The notes beneath the pieces are model-generated. The model worked only from the letters and a program-made list of their open reading frames with translations. It had not been told where the DNA came from and did no database searches. Source: a virus (Duplodnaviria; Caudoviricetes). Taken from it: 64,000 nt of DNA. The stretch lies in IMG/VR virus record IMGVR_UViG_3300031993_000012, positions 1-64,000 of that record. The stretch is one strand, 5' to 3'. Shown piece by piece: positions 11,063 through 21,477 of this stretch (positions within the stretch are counted from its first letter, which is position 1; each line of letters opens with the position of its first letter). A program made the translations under genes and the position numbers.

Positions 11063-11906
11063 TATCAATAGAAGTAAGATTGTTGATTTCAATCAGATAT
11101 TCAACAATCATCGTTATTTTGTAAATAGAATGAATATATACCTGCTGAATATTCAGCTCATTGGAAATGGTTATCGACACATGGATCAAGAAACATACAA
11201 TACATGTTTCCGTAATGCATTATCTGCAATTGAACTCAACAGTGATCCAATTGAATCAATCGTACCATATTCTGATGTCGATACGGATGGTTTTGAAAAC
11301 GATCGTTCGTTCTATTTGAATTATGAAACTGAAGAGGCAAAAGCAATTGTTGAAAAGATTGATGCTGATGTAATGCGCGATACATTATTACCCGGCAGCG
11401 ATTTAGCAGCTAAATTTGCCAATGAAGAAGTTTCATTGAAAGATCTCGTGGATGATGTATATTTACATTATCTGGTAACCAAGTATTGGGAGCAAGTTAA
11501 TGCATTACGTTTCCAAGCATATTCCAATCTCACACCACTGATTGAATATACCGTTGAATTGGTTAATGAGAAAACATTGAAGAATTACATGGTATCACGA
11601 CGTGAGAATATCGAAAAGTATGAAATGAAATGCCGTGATATTATATGTAATTATGAAATGTCAATCGTATGTCGAACATTTAACAATGAAGAATTGTTAT
11701 CCAAGTTCGACATCAAAACATTTGATCTTCAAAAGTTAATGATATCATTGGCAACTAATTTAACGGTAAAAACCGATATCTATATTATACTCGGAATATA
11801 TGGTGCAATATCATTTGCTTCAGTTGAACTCAGTAAATCTAAGATAGATAAACTTTCACCATGTGTGGATTTCGTACGAATGATTTCTGAATACATGAAT
11901 AAATAA
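11055..11906 (+). CDS. Hypothetical protein
   Basis: 283-aa ORF followed by a GCGGGGGAA-ta-TTCCCCCGC hairpin. Confidence 0.75.
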   Translation: MFNINRSKIVDFNQIFNNHRYFVNRMNIYLLNIQLIGNGYRHMDQETYNTCFRNALSAIELNSDPIESIVPYSDVDTDGFENDRSFYLNYETEEAKAIVEKIDADVMRDTLLPGSDLAAKFANEEVSLKDLVDDVYLHYLVTKYWEQVNALRFQAYSNLTPLIEYTVELVNEKTLKNYMVSRRENIEKYEMKCRDIICNYEMSIVCRTFNNEELLSKFDIKTFDLQKLMISLATNLTVKTDIYIILGIYGAISFASVELSKSKIDKLSPCVDFVRMISEYMNK

Positions 11907-11932
11907 TTAATGCGGGGGAATATTCCCCCGCT

Positions 11933-12001
11933 ATATTTATATCATTATTTTGTACAACGAGACAACTGCTTTGTACACTTATGTCAGAAGGAGGATTAAT
12001 A
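11933..12001 (+). promoter_or_regulatory. Promoter + hairpin leader shared by the two RNAP beta-half genes (copy 1)
   Basis: ATATTTATATCATT...TGTACAA...TTGTACACTTA..TCAGAAGGAGG, closely matching 28170-28240. Confidence 0.75.
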
Positions 12002-14350
12002 ATGTTAAAACCAAAACAACTTAATCATGCTGATATTAAACGTCGTGATACGGTTCGCCGTGTTATGAACAAAAGCTCTGATATCAGAATGAAAATGGAG
12101 TCTGTCAACAAGTACAGTTTATGTGGTGTATCCGGTTTAGGTTTTCCGGGTAAAATATCACCGGTTCGTAGTTTGATGTTTTCCAAGCATGCTTCTCAAC
12201 GTGTCGTTCTAGACCACGGAGAATTTCCACGTATATTCACCGGTGCAGAAGATGCATACGGCAAACGTTCATCATTCTTTGTAACCGCAAAGAATAATCT
12301 CGTGTTAGAACGTAAATTCGTTAAATTTCCAAACACACCATATTCATCGGTACTGTATATTTTCCGAGATACAGTTACCAATAAATATGTTTGTCATTTA
12401 GCAGAAGCGGTTCATTGGAATGTTGAGAAATACGGATTCCAAAACATCGATATGATTAAAAACAATTACGATGTATCAGATACCATTCCGAAGGGTACGG
12501 TTATATCAAAAACCACATCATATGATGAAAACAATCATTACTGCGCAGGAGCAAATTTACGAATATTATATACAACATTACATGATCTAACCGAGGATGC
12601 AATTATATTATCCGAATCAGCATGTAAGAAGTTAGAATATTCAATGGTTGATAAAGTAACCGTTGATATCAGTGAGAAAATGTTCATGCTGAATAATTAC
12701 GGAACCTTAGAGAATTATAAAGCATTTCCAGATATTGGTGAAGAAATCCAGTCAGGTATTTTATGTTCATTAAGAGAAATCTCCGCGTTATCCAGTAAAT
12801 CCGAAGCAATGATTCCACATATCAATGATGTCAATTATTATACCAATGGAATCATTACTGATATTGATATCTATAGCAATTGTCCCGATCTTCAGGATAA
12901 ACAGCTTGCATATTATCATAATTGCGTAATGAATTGGTATACCGAAATATATTCGTATGTATCAACAATAATCAATCATGTTGATCAGGATGATACTAAA
13001 TTACTTGATATTTATCATAAAGCCAAGAAGTATCTGATGACACAAGCAAAATGGAGTACCAAAGAAAAGCTCCCGTATATTCAGGTCGTATTTAAAATAC
13101 TCCAGAAAAAGAAGATACGCAAAGGTCAGAAGATTACTGGTCGTTATGGAAACAAATCCGTTGTATCATTAATACTTCCAGATCGTTGTATGCCAAAGGA
13201 TGAATTCGGTAGACCAGTTGATATGTTGGCAAATGGATTTGCTCCTACCAATAGAATCATTGGATTTGCATTATATGAAGGAACGATTACATTTCAAATG
13301 GAATGTATTCATAATTATATACTTGATCCAAAGAATAATCTTTCGCGTGATGAAGCCGTTCAATTGGTAATTGATTACATGAGTTTATTCAATCACGATT
13401 GGGCAAATAGCATCAAACGTAAATATCAATATAATCCACAAGCAACATATGATGATATTCGCAAGAATGGATTATATATGTTAATGCCACCATTCCAACC
13501 AGAAAACGTTCGTGATGCAACAATCGAAGCATATGACAGATGGGAAGAAGTTGCTGAAGACGGAACCAATGCAGCATCCGCAAAATGGGAACGTTCAATC
13601 TTCCATAAGTACACAATCAAAACCAAACTCCGTCATCGTTGGATTGAACAGAAACGTGAACGTCATGCAATTGGTTATCAGTATACATGGGTTCTTAAAC
13701 AGGAAGCTTCTAAGAATATGACTGCAGTTGCAACTGGACGTACTACATTATACGATTTACCAATTAAAACATCCAACTATAAGAATCGTAAAATACAATA
13801 CTCTGACAATGCAATCAAGTTTGGTGAGTATGATACGTACGGATTCCTTCAGGTAGTTGATGTTGAAATGTTTGGTAAGATGACAACATATTATCGTGGT
13901 TCTCAGTATGAAGAGAATTCATTACTCATGTCACATCTGAATGATATTGGTATTCCCGAAGGTGCAGTTAATCAGTTCCCACAACTTGATTGTTTCAAAG
14001 CGTATCTGAAGGCAATTGGAATTAAATTGGAGAATGATTTCACTGTTAATTCAATTAATGCTGTTGATAAAGAAGAAACATTCGAGATTGGAAATCATTC
14101 TGTTAAGATATCTGGTTCATATCTCAGAACATTACTTGTCATATACTCATACTATATTCAATATAAGAATTGGTTGAAAGCAAATAACAATGGTTGTGAA
14201 GAAGCAACTGTTGATATGAATACATTTGTCGATAATATGTTGAATCGTACAGATTTATTCCATTTCAAGAATGAATCATATATACGTGAAGCATTCATGC
14301 ATTTCTTCGAAAAGTTCCGTATACTTGACGAAGAGAAGTTCTTAAAGTAA
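12002..14350 (+). CDS. rpoB: Multisubunit RNA polymerase beta subunit, C-terminal half (probably non-virion RNAP)
   Basis: EDAIILSES, GQKITGRYGNKSVVS, LKQ, KFGEYD correspond to beta motifs EDS/A, GDKxxxRHGNKG, LxH and RFGEME; AGGAGG RBS before ATG 12002. Confidence 0.92.
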   Translation: MLKPKQLNHADIKRRDTVRRVMNKSSDIRMKMESVNKYSLCGVSGLGFPGKISPVRSLMFSKHASQRVVLDHGEFPRIFTGAEDAYGKRSSFFVTAKNNLVLERKFVKFPNTPYSSVLYIFRDTVTNKYVCHLAEAVHWNVEKYGFQNIDMIKNNYDVSDTIPKGTVISKTTSYDENNHYCAGANLRILYTTLHDLTEDAIILSESACKKLEYSMVDKVTVDISEKMFMLNNYGTLENYKAFPDIGEEIQSGILCSLREISALSSKSEAMIPHINDVNYYTNGIITDIDIYSNCPDLQDKQLAYYHNCVMNWYTEIYSYVSTIINHVDQDDTKLLDIYHKAKKYLMTQAKWSTKEKLPYIQVVFKILQKKKIRKGQKITGRYGNKSVVSLILPDRCMPKDEFGRPVDMLANGFAPTNRIIGFALYEGTITFQMECIHNYILDPKNNLSRDEAVQLVIDYMSLFNHDWANSIKRKYQYNPQATYDDIRKNGLYMLMPPFQPENVRDATIEAYDRWEEVAEDGTNAASAKWERSIFHKYTIKTKLRHRWIEQKRERHAIGYQYTWVLKQEASKNMTAVATGRTTLYDLPIKTSNYKNRKIQYSDNAIKFGEYDTYGFLQVVDVEMFGKMTTYYRGSQYEENSLLMSHLNDIGIPEGAVNQFPQLDCFKAYLKAIGIKLENDFTVNSINAVDKEETFEIGNHSVKISGSYLRTLLVIYSYYIQYKNWLKANNNGCEEATVDMNTFVDNMLNRTDLFHFKNESYIREAFMHFFEKFRILDEEKFLK

Positions 14351-14617
14351 ACACATAATCATAGAGGGGGATATCCCCCTCTATATATGTAATTTTTTCT
14401 ATGCTGAGAGGGGGATATATCGATAATTTCCTAGAATTTTAATATTCCACATATATATCATTTGTATGTTATAAGAATATATGACGTTTATGAAACCCAT
14501 TTAAATGATGTATAAAATATGAGGGGAATTCGATAAATGTATTATTCTTTAACATAGTACGAGAAGGACAACTCGAATAAACCAGTCTGTTGACATTCAG
14601 ACAAGAAGGAGATAAAA

Positions 14618-15031
14618 ATGTTAGACGTATTAGATTGGATCCTGATTGGCGGCACTGCCGCAAATACCGTGGCAAACGTTGTTGAGGGTGTTACTCTCGG
14701 CAAACACGGCAAACAGCTCAAGGAACTTGAAGGTTCCGCAAACACAGCTGCTGCAGCATATAACGCAGCAAAGGAAGCTGAGATGAATGCTGCTAAAGCA
14801 AACCAGCATTGCGATTGGCTCCACACGGAGTTAGACAAACAGAAAATCCTCCCCGAGAAGCCAAAGAGTGAAGGTGAGATCATGTCCGATTTCATGAAGA
14901 ACTTCACAAATTACATCAAGGCTTCAACTCCGGAAGTTCCAAAGCAGCCAGATCCGCAGAGCAAAATGATAGCCGATGCGGTAGCTGTCGGTGTTGCAGA
15001 AGCAATGAAAAATTTCAACCAGGGAAAATGA
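14618..15031 (+). CDS. Hypothetical protein with hydrophobic N-terminus (accessory)
   Basis: 137-aa ORF, AAGGAG RBS, promoter-like motif at about 14443-14463, several hairpins downstream. Confidence 0.7.
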   Translation: MLDVLDWILIGGTAANTVANVVEGVTLGKHGKQLKELEGSANTAAAAYNAAKEAEMNAAKANQHCDWLHTELDKQKILPEKPKSEGEIMSDFMKNFTNYIKASTPEVPKQPDPQSKMIADAVAVGVAEAMKNFNQGK

Positions 15032-15171
15032 TCCCGCCACTGGATATCAGTAGGGATTCCAGTGGTAAGGCATTCTGGACCAAAGCTCAACTAGCGGCTT
15101 TGGTCCAATCCTACAACGCTGACAAAAATTAAATATGAAGGGGGAGCATATCGCTCCCCAACTTCTTTTTT

Positions 15172-17316
15172 TTAGAATTGATTTACATCTACAAAGAATT
15201 GTAAATCTGCAGCACGACGTTTTACAGCATATGGATCAACCGGGTCTAACGTAACACCAGCATATTGTTCACGTGTGTAACCCATATCATCAATCACACC
15301 ATTCATTTTATTTGCTGCTGCGATATCTTTAAGTATTTGATCTTCCGGACCATTTGTACCGTATGGAATCATGTTATTAACAATATCTTCTTTTTGTTTC
15401 ATCTCATATTCTTTCATTGCTTTCTGTGAAGAATCGAATTTACACATCTTGATATTAATACCGAATCTTTGGAGATCCTTACCATAGAACAATACAAATG
15501 TTGTATGTAAATATGACATAACACAGTCATCATGTGCTCCAGGTTCAGCAGCAATCTTTCCATTCTTATAGATTGTAAGTGAATTCAAATCTTGTACTAA
15601 AAATGGAGTATTGATTTTATCACGATGATCACGAACCAATGTTTTCAATAGTGTCATCATTTCAGTACGAACCGTCGGAGATACATTTGTTCCAATGTAT
15701 TGACGACCGATTGCTTTTTCTTGTAATGATGTTTGTAATGGATCTAATATAGTGGCATTCTTTGATATATCCAATCTGGGATCATGATAAACACGTCCGA
15801 TGAGACTACCTTCCTGGAAGAAGTCCATTATTGGTTTGCCGACACCATTTGCTTCAGGACAGAATAATGCACGTGGTAACATTCTCGCAAGCTCGGTGAT
15901 TACACGCATTAAATCAAATGGTCCCATGTATGGAGATTTACATTCTGCAACGATTTGAAGTGTATATGGATGAACAATTGTGATTGCGGTATTATCACCA
16001 CCGGTACCGGCTGCGATATCAATACCAATCAAATATGGAATATCGATATCGAAGTATTGATAATCCGACATTAAATCAACATTATGAACTTCATGTTTGA
16101 ATATGTATAGAATGTATTTATTAATCAACAACACTTCATAATCATGCTTAACCATATGATCATTGATAAAATCAATATCTTCTTGACGAAACAATACTTG
16201 ATCTCCAGTTCTCGTTCTTTGTAATAAGATACCTAACCGATACTCGTCCATTTTACCTGTACGAACTGCGAGTTCATATTGTTCACGTAACCATTCTTCA
16301 CTCTTTCGGAGTTGTTTATAATCAAATTCGATATATACAGCAGTGATCGGTTCACCATTATTACCGTTTTCCGAACCAGCAGTTCCTTCAAATAAATCAG
16401 TTAACTGATCATCCGATAAATCATAAAATCGTTCTGAGAATCGTGGTGTTGCATCAATCATACGTTTACTGGCTTTTCCAGCAGCAGTATCTGGATTACC
16501 AGGGGTTGATGTATATAGTATGCATGTACGACCATTGTTTTCACGTGCGATAGTACGCGCAGATACCATCGCAGGACCAGCACCTTCGACAACGTTATTT
16601 ATATAAGGAATATATTCCCACTCATCGATGAATGCAATATAGATTGTATCACCACGAAGCAAGTCTCTTGCTTTATCAGGAGAATCCGATGATGCTTTAA
16701 CGGCAATAGTTGTTCCATGAGCTTCGTATTTCAATGATTTCAATCCAGGAAGTTTACGCCAATTGATCCATGGGTTGGCCCATTTGGGTCCAACCTCAAT
16801 ATAGTCTCTTAACATGCCAGCATTACGTACTGCTTCGGAATCTTTTATATGTAAAAATGGAATGTTGATATTATGTTGATCATATATAAATGAATGTTGC
16901 ATTAATGATATTGCGGTAGTTGTTTTATATGTTTGACGAGGTTGACATAATTCAACATCGATTGAATGTATATAACACCATATGGTTGCATGTGACGCAC
17001 GATGTAAATAGAATTGATAAGGTTTTGGTGCACCCTTTGCGGGTACACGTGCAATTTGTCTCATGTAAAACCAAACATTATTTTTTGCTTCTAATACAAG
17101 ATAACCGATTTGTTCCGGTGTTAATTCTTCACTATATGGATCAAGATCTTGAACTCCGAACTGTGGGTATTTAACTTCCAAACATTGATACCAACGTTTA
17201 ATTCCTAAATCTTTTAATTCTCGGGCAGTTTCGAGAAAAGATAAATTCGTTGTTCCGAAATCGTAATATCCTTTCTTATTTGTAATCGGATCAACAATCT
17301 CAACTATTTTACTCAT
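15172..17316 (-). CDS. terL: Terminase large subunit
   Basis: Walker A PRQTYKTT, Walker B IAFIDEW, coupling motif TSTP, nuclease motifs IGIDIAAG and HDDCVMS; AAAGGAG RBS before MSKIVE. Confidence 0.93.
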   Translation of the reverse strand: MSKIVEIVDPITNKKGYYDFGTTNLSFLETARELKDLGIKRWYQCLEVKYPQFGVQDLDPYSEELTPEQIGYLVLEAKNNVWFYMRQIARVPAKGAPKPYQFYLHRASHATIWCYIHSIDVELCQPRQTYKTTTAISLMQHSFIYDQHNINIPFLHIKDSEAVRNAGMLRDYIEVGPKWANPWINWRKLPGLKSLKYEAHGTTIAVKASSDSPDKARDLLRGDTIYIAFIDEWEYIPYINNVVEGAGPAMVSARTIARENNGRTCILYTSTPGNPDTAAGKASKRMIDATPRFSERFYDLSDDQLTDLFEGTAGSENGNNGEPITAVYIEFDYKQLRKSEEWLREQYELAVRTGKMDEYRLGILLQRTRTGDQVLFRQEDIDFINDHMVKHDYEVLLINKYILYIFKHEVHNVDLMSDYQYFDIDIPYLIGIDIAAGTGGDNTAITIVHPYTLQIVAECKSPYMGPFDLMRVITELARMLPRALFCPEANGVGKPIMDFFQEGSLIGRVYHDPRLDISKNATILDPLQTSLQEKAIGRQYIGTNVSPTVRTEMMTLLKTLVRDHRDKINTPFLVQDLNSLTIYKNGKIAAEPGAHDDCVMSYLHTTFVLFYGKDLQRFGINIKMCKFDSSQKAMKEYEMKQKEDIVNNMIPYGTNGPEDQILKDIAAANKMNGVIDDMGYTREQYAGVTLDPVDPYAVKRRAADLQFFVDVNQF

Positions 17317-17372
17317 ATATGGAAACTCCTTTCGTGTTGGGATTTTAAAAGTTGGTTTGCTAACATTTTCAG

Positions 17373-17501
17373 ATTCTATATATATATTATTAATATGAAG
17401 AAAGAATAAAATATATTCATTCTTCAATCATATTATTCATTCTTAATTACTGGCGCAAGTGACGTAGGTCAGTCAGCCCATTGGGTCCAGGAGGTATTAT
17501 T
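17373..17501 (+). repeat. Conserved promoter + structured leader cassette, copy B
   Basis: TATATATTATTAATATGAAGAAAGAATAAAATATATTC...GGCGCAAGTGA...GGTCCAGGAGGT shared with copies A, C, D. Confidence 0.85.
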
Positions 17502-17870
17502 ATGGCAAACACAAATTTCATCATCGACACTAACTCAATATACGGAACAAACAGCATCATCAAGAGATTAGACACCCTTATCAGGGAAGACATCTTCCCA
17601 AGAAACGCTTGGGACACACCCAAGCAGAATATCAACGGTAACGGTGAGATTACCGTTGATTGGAAAATCGACGCAGTTTCTGGACTCAAAGTTATCCGCT
17701 TCTCAGTGGATCATGAGAGAAAGGTGGAACTCTCATTCTTCAACGGGAAGGAATTCAAGATTTTTGATCCAAAGTCTGATTACGCTGGATTATCTTGGCT
17801 GGTACGTCAGCAGATGTCAGCCTTCAGAGATTTCTTCACCGGTTATCTTAAGAGGGTTGAAACAAACTGA
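17502..17870 (+). CDS. Hypothetical protein (cassette cargo), start MANTNF
   Basis: AGGAGGT RBS before ATG 17502. Confidence 0.75.
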   Translation: MANTNFIIDTNSIYGTNSIIKRLDTLIREDIFPRNAWDTPKQNINGNGEITVDWKIDAVSGLKVIRFSVDHERKVELSFFNGKEFKIFDPKSDYAGLSWLVRQQMSAFRDFFTGYLKRVETN

Positions 17871-17994
17871 TCAATCCTCAATAAGATAGTCTCTAATGTG
17901 TCCGGCAAGTATTGTTTAAAGACCCCTGTCCGAGGGAGGATTATAATATCGGGCAGTATACGTATAAAATATTATTTAATTCTCGGAAAGGAGA

Positions 17995-18447
17995 ATGATT
18001 ATGGACATTATCAAAATAATTGAAATGCTCGCAAATATCGATGAAATGACATTTTCTGTCCCGGTATTCATGAGAGCCGAAGAGCTTATGATCGGATGCA
18101 CTGATAAATACGGTAATACGGTTGCTGTATATGAGGACCCAGTCGATTACAGAAAGTCACACATAGTGTTCTCACGTGACCACAGACTCGTGGCTCATTA
18201 CATAGTGAATGAAGAGTTGGCAACCATCGTTATCAACGAAGATGAAACACTCTTCGCTCTATGGACCAGCATGACTGGTCTTATCACAGACGTGGTCAAT
18301 CTCCTGGAAAAGGAAAAGTATTATGTCATAAACAAACCCACGCCTATCGTGCCTCTAGAGGCGGAGGTGATGGAACTCCTGAAAGAAATAATAAAAGCAA
18401 ATATCGAGAACTGCAAAAACGTGGTGCATCTCGATGAACTAGAATAA
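17995..18447 (+). CDS. Hypothetical protein (cassette cargo; start may be 18001)
   Basis: 150-aa ORF, AAAGGAG RBS, followed by a terminator at about 18458-18485. Confidence 0.75.
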   Translation: MIMDIIKIIEMLANIDEMTFSVPVFMRAEELMIGCTDKYGNTVAVYEDPVDYRKSHIVFSRDHRLVAHYIVNEELATIVINEDETLFALWTSMTGLITDVVNLLEKEKYYVINKPTPIVPLEAEVMELLKEIIKANIENCKNVVHLDELE

Positions 18448-18527
18448 TTTATATAACAGCCCGTGTAACAACGGGCTTCTTTTTTGTTTTCTATATGTAT
18501 ATTATTCAATTGAAAGGAGGTAATCAT

Positions 18528-19229
18528 ATGATTGATTACGAAAAATTATTAACTTATAACACAGACATTTCATACGCATTCCATGGTAAAATTACCGAGT
18601 GTGATATCCGAGAAGCATCACTGCAAATTGCCGACAGATTCCATTATCTTCCGGATGATGTAATCGATGAACTGAAACTGTTATCCAAGAAAGATCGTGT
18701 TGTTCGTGTTGGTAATATCCAAAAGGATAATCCACATTTCTCCGAACAGTATTATTCCAAGCTCCGAGAAATCCGTCGACATTTCATTTCAACCAATAAA
18801 CTCACGGATGAAAATGTTTTATCATTACATTCAGATGCATTATTCATCAATTCCAAGAAACGACTCAAAATGGTTATCGATGATATTGAATTCAAATCCA
18901 AACATCGTTGGACATCATATATTCGGTATAATTCAATTGAGATGTTTTATAATGACGATGATGGTTCGATTGTTTACAAAGGAATCACGGATAAATTACT
19001 CCAACTTCATACGATTGGATTATGTCGACATATACTCAAAGTATTCCAAATGATTGAGAATAATGATGATCGTATATTCCATTATTTATCTGATTATCAA
19101 TCCAAATATTTACAGCATCAATTGAACGATAATTGTTACATTCCATTTGGACGAGTAAATGGAGATGAATTCACAGAGAATTTGAAACTACTATCATACT
19201 TAACTCAGATTGCCATAAAGGAGTGTTAA
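18528..19229 (+). CDS. Hypothetical protein, possible divergent family-B polymerase palm-like domain
   Basis: ITECDIREAS (motif A-like), LSLHSDALFI (motif C-like) and a YKGI segment; weak match. Confidence 0.4.
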   Translation: MIDYEKLLTYNTDISYAFHGKITECDIREASLQIADRFHYLPDDVIDELKLLSKKDRVVRVGNIQKDNPHFSEQYYSKLREIRRHFISTNKLTDENVLSLHSDALFINSKKRLKMVIDDIEFKSKHRWTSYIRYNSIEMFYNDDDGSIVYKGITDKLLQLHTIGLCRHILKVFQMIENNDDRIFHYLSDYQSKYLQHQLNDNCYIPFGRVNGDEFTENLKLLSYLTQIAIKEC

Positions 19230-19232
19230 TAT

Positions 19233-19877
19233 ATGGACGTATTCGAAATCGTGGTTCCATATTTATCATCTGAAAATAAAAAGACGATGTTAACAACCAC
19301 GGTATATGCAACAACTCGTGAAGATGTATCAATGTTTATCCGTCAACATAATATCAAAGTATATGATGTCAACGTTAAACAAGTTGATTCGATTAAAGAA
19401 AGTATCAATGAAGCAGATACAATTGGAAAGATATTATTCAGATCCAATTTTAACTATGATGATTATATCATATATACAACCGAAAACATATTACGTGAAG
19501 CGGTTGATTATATTGGTGAAAAGTTAGCGGAAGTATCAATGTTTGGTGATGCGATATTACGAACGGATATACCAATCATTGATATCATTAATCGATTAAT
19601 CGAACAATTAAAACATGCTGCGATATTGGATTACTGTTTACTCGAATCCAGTGAACTCAGTACCGAAGAAGCGCAATCACATATCAAAACATTTTCAAAT
19701 AAAGCACATGATGTGTTAGAGGATTATCCATCAGAATCGGATATGTTATACGATTACATATACGAATCATTACATAATGCATCGTATATGTGGTTATGCG
19801 GCAAAGCCGAAGCAATAACCATTGAAGGATATGTGGAATATATTGCATCATGGTTAACAGATAGAGTGGAGGAATAA
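19233..19877 (+). CDS. Hypothetical protein
   Basis: 214-aa ORF with AAGGAG RBS. Confidence 0.75.
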   Translation: MDVFEIVVPYLSSENKKTMLTTTVYATTREDVSMFIRQHNIKVYDVNVKQVDSIKESINEADTIGKILFRSNFNYDDYIIYTTENILREAVDYIGEKLAEVSMFGDAILRTDIPIIDIINRLIEQLKHAAILDYCLLESSELSTEEAQSHIKTFSNKAHDVLEDYPSESDMLYDYIYESLHNASYMWLCGKAEAITIEGYVEYIASWLTDRVEE

Positions 19878-19879
19878 CA

Positions 19880-20287
19880 ATGGCAAAACAATTATCAGCA
19901 TCGGAAACGATATTATCGCATCTTCCGAAAAAGAACTTCAAATACAAAGTAATTATCAAAGATGATGATTTTCGTAAAGAATTAATCGAATCGAATTTTG
20001 ATAATAATCTTTTGGATACTATTAAGAATGATGCACTCGTAAATACCGGATATAATAATACCGATTTTAATTCATATGATCGTTCATCAGTTGCCAAAGC
20101 AAAACAACCAACAATCATTGACAAAGACAAAGGCATTGTTGTATCCAAACAACTCATTACAAAAACCGATAAGAAGTTATTGAAAGTCGATATCAAATCT
20201 TTCTATTACGAAGATAATCCGTATGTGATGATAAAATTTGTATATGAGAAATTCGATATCGTCGAAGTATTCTTATTGGTAAACTAA
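19880..20287 (+). CDS. Hypothetical protein
   Basis: 135-aa ORF with GGAGG RBS. Confidence 0.75.
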   Translation: MAKQLSASETILSHLPKKNFKYKVIIKDDDFRKELIESNFDNNLLDTIKNDALVNTGYNNTDFNSYDRSSVAKAKQPTIIDKDKGIVVSKQLITKTDKKLLKVDIKSFYYEDNPYVMIKFVYEKFDIVEVFLLVN

Positions 20288-20335
20288 TAACAAATATAAA
20301 GCAGGCGGGGATATCCCCGCCCGCAATATATTTTT

Positions 20336-21460
20336 TTACTGTCCAACAGTTGTGGTTGTTGATACAGTGTTTGTGACATAAGGATTGTTAATCGGTGTTG
20401 TTTCAGTTGCGGAGTTATAGATTCTTGAGTGATCAGAAGTATCGATAACTTTCTCACCAGGCATTTCTCTCTGAATACCTTCGTACGAGGACGAGAATAC
20501 AGGAGCATTGCCAAGACCACTCTGAACAGCATCCAGTGAAGGACGTTTGCCGCCATTGAACATAGCCGAGTTGATATCGCCATATGCACTGTCGCTTGTG
20601 GAGCTGAAGAATGCATCGCCAGCACCAGGGTTGAAGTTCATGCTGTTTCCGAAAACGGCAAACTGACGAACGTATCTTGCAGCCAAGTCATTTACGTATG
20701 TAGACTGAACGTACTGGCAGTTGAATACAAGCTGGAGCTGTTCAATCTGTGACTGACCTGTTGCGTTTGAGTTAAAGATTGTATTACCAACCTTTGCCTG
20801 AGGAACACAACCGAGAGCCATTACTGCACCATCAACACGAGCACCAGAACGGTCCAGTGCGATGATGAGGAATTCTGCAACCTCCCATGCCGGAGATGGT
20901 TCCAGTGCAGAAGCATTCGCACCTGTGTTAGGAGCGAATATACGCTGAGGTGTCTGAGACTGTTTATCTACAGAACCTGCAACCAGACCATGGTATGTTG
21001 TCAAACCGGTAATCGGGTCAGCAATACCATCAATCCACATGTTATGGAAATTAGCCATAGGACGACCAACGAGTTCGGGAACTGTGATTGTCAATGTCTG
21101 ATTCTGGTTTGCGCTCTGAGTTGTCGGGAAGTTGATTGTTCTACCAGAGAAACCACCCTGGAGAGTTGCCGGTGTAAGTGTCGAATCACCGATCTGGCAT
21201 GTGATACCAAGATTGTAGTACTCGATTACTTTCTTATATGTAGCGAATTCCTTGTTGGTAAATGCACTACCAGTTGCACCAGCAAAGTAATGCATCAGGA
21301 AGTAAGGTCCACGATACATTACTGCAATCAGTCTGTTGTTTGTAAGCGGGTTGAGAGAACGAAGTGTATGTACGTCAGGTGTGAGACCACCGAGTACACC
21401 AGTATACTGGGACAGATCACCTGTATATTCTCTGATGCCACTTTGTAAGCTAATCGGCAT
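20336..21460 (-). CDS. Putative tail tube protein
   Basis: Directly downstream of the sheath gene; HNMWIDGIADPITGLTTYHG segment typical of jumbo-phage tube proteins; strongly biased codon usage. Confidence 0.7.
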   Translation of the reverse strand: MPISLQSGIREYTGDLSQYTGVLGGLTPDVHTLRSLNPLTNNRLIAVMYRGPYFLMHYFAGATGSAFTNKEFATYKKVIEYYNLGITCQIGDSTLTPATLQGGFSGRTINFPTTQSANQNQTLTITVPELVGRPMANFHNMWIDGIADPITGLTTYHGLVAGSVDKQSQTPQRIFAPNTGANASALEPSPAWEVAEFLIIALDRSGARVDGAVMALGCVPQAKVGNTIFNSNATGQSQIEQLQLVFNCQYVQSTYVNDLAARYVRQFAVFGNSMNFNPGAGDAFFSSTSDSAYGDINSAMFNGGKRPSLDAVQSGLGNAPVFSSSYEGIQREMPGEKVIDTSDHSRIYNSATETTPINNPYVTNTVSTTTTVGQ

Positions 21461-21477
21461 AAAGTGTCACTCCTTTC

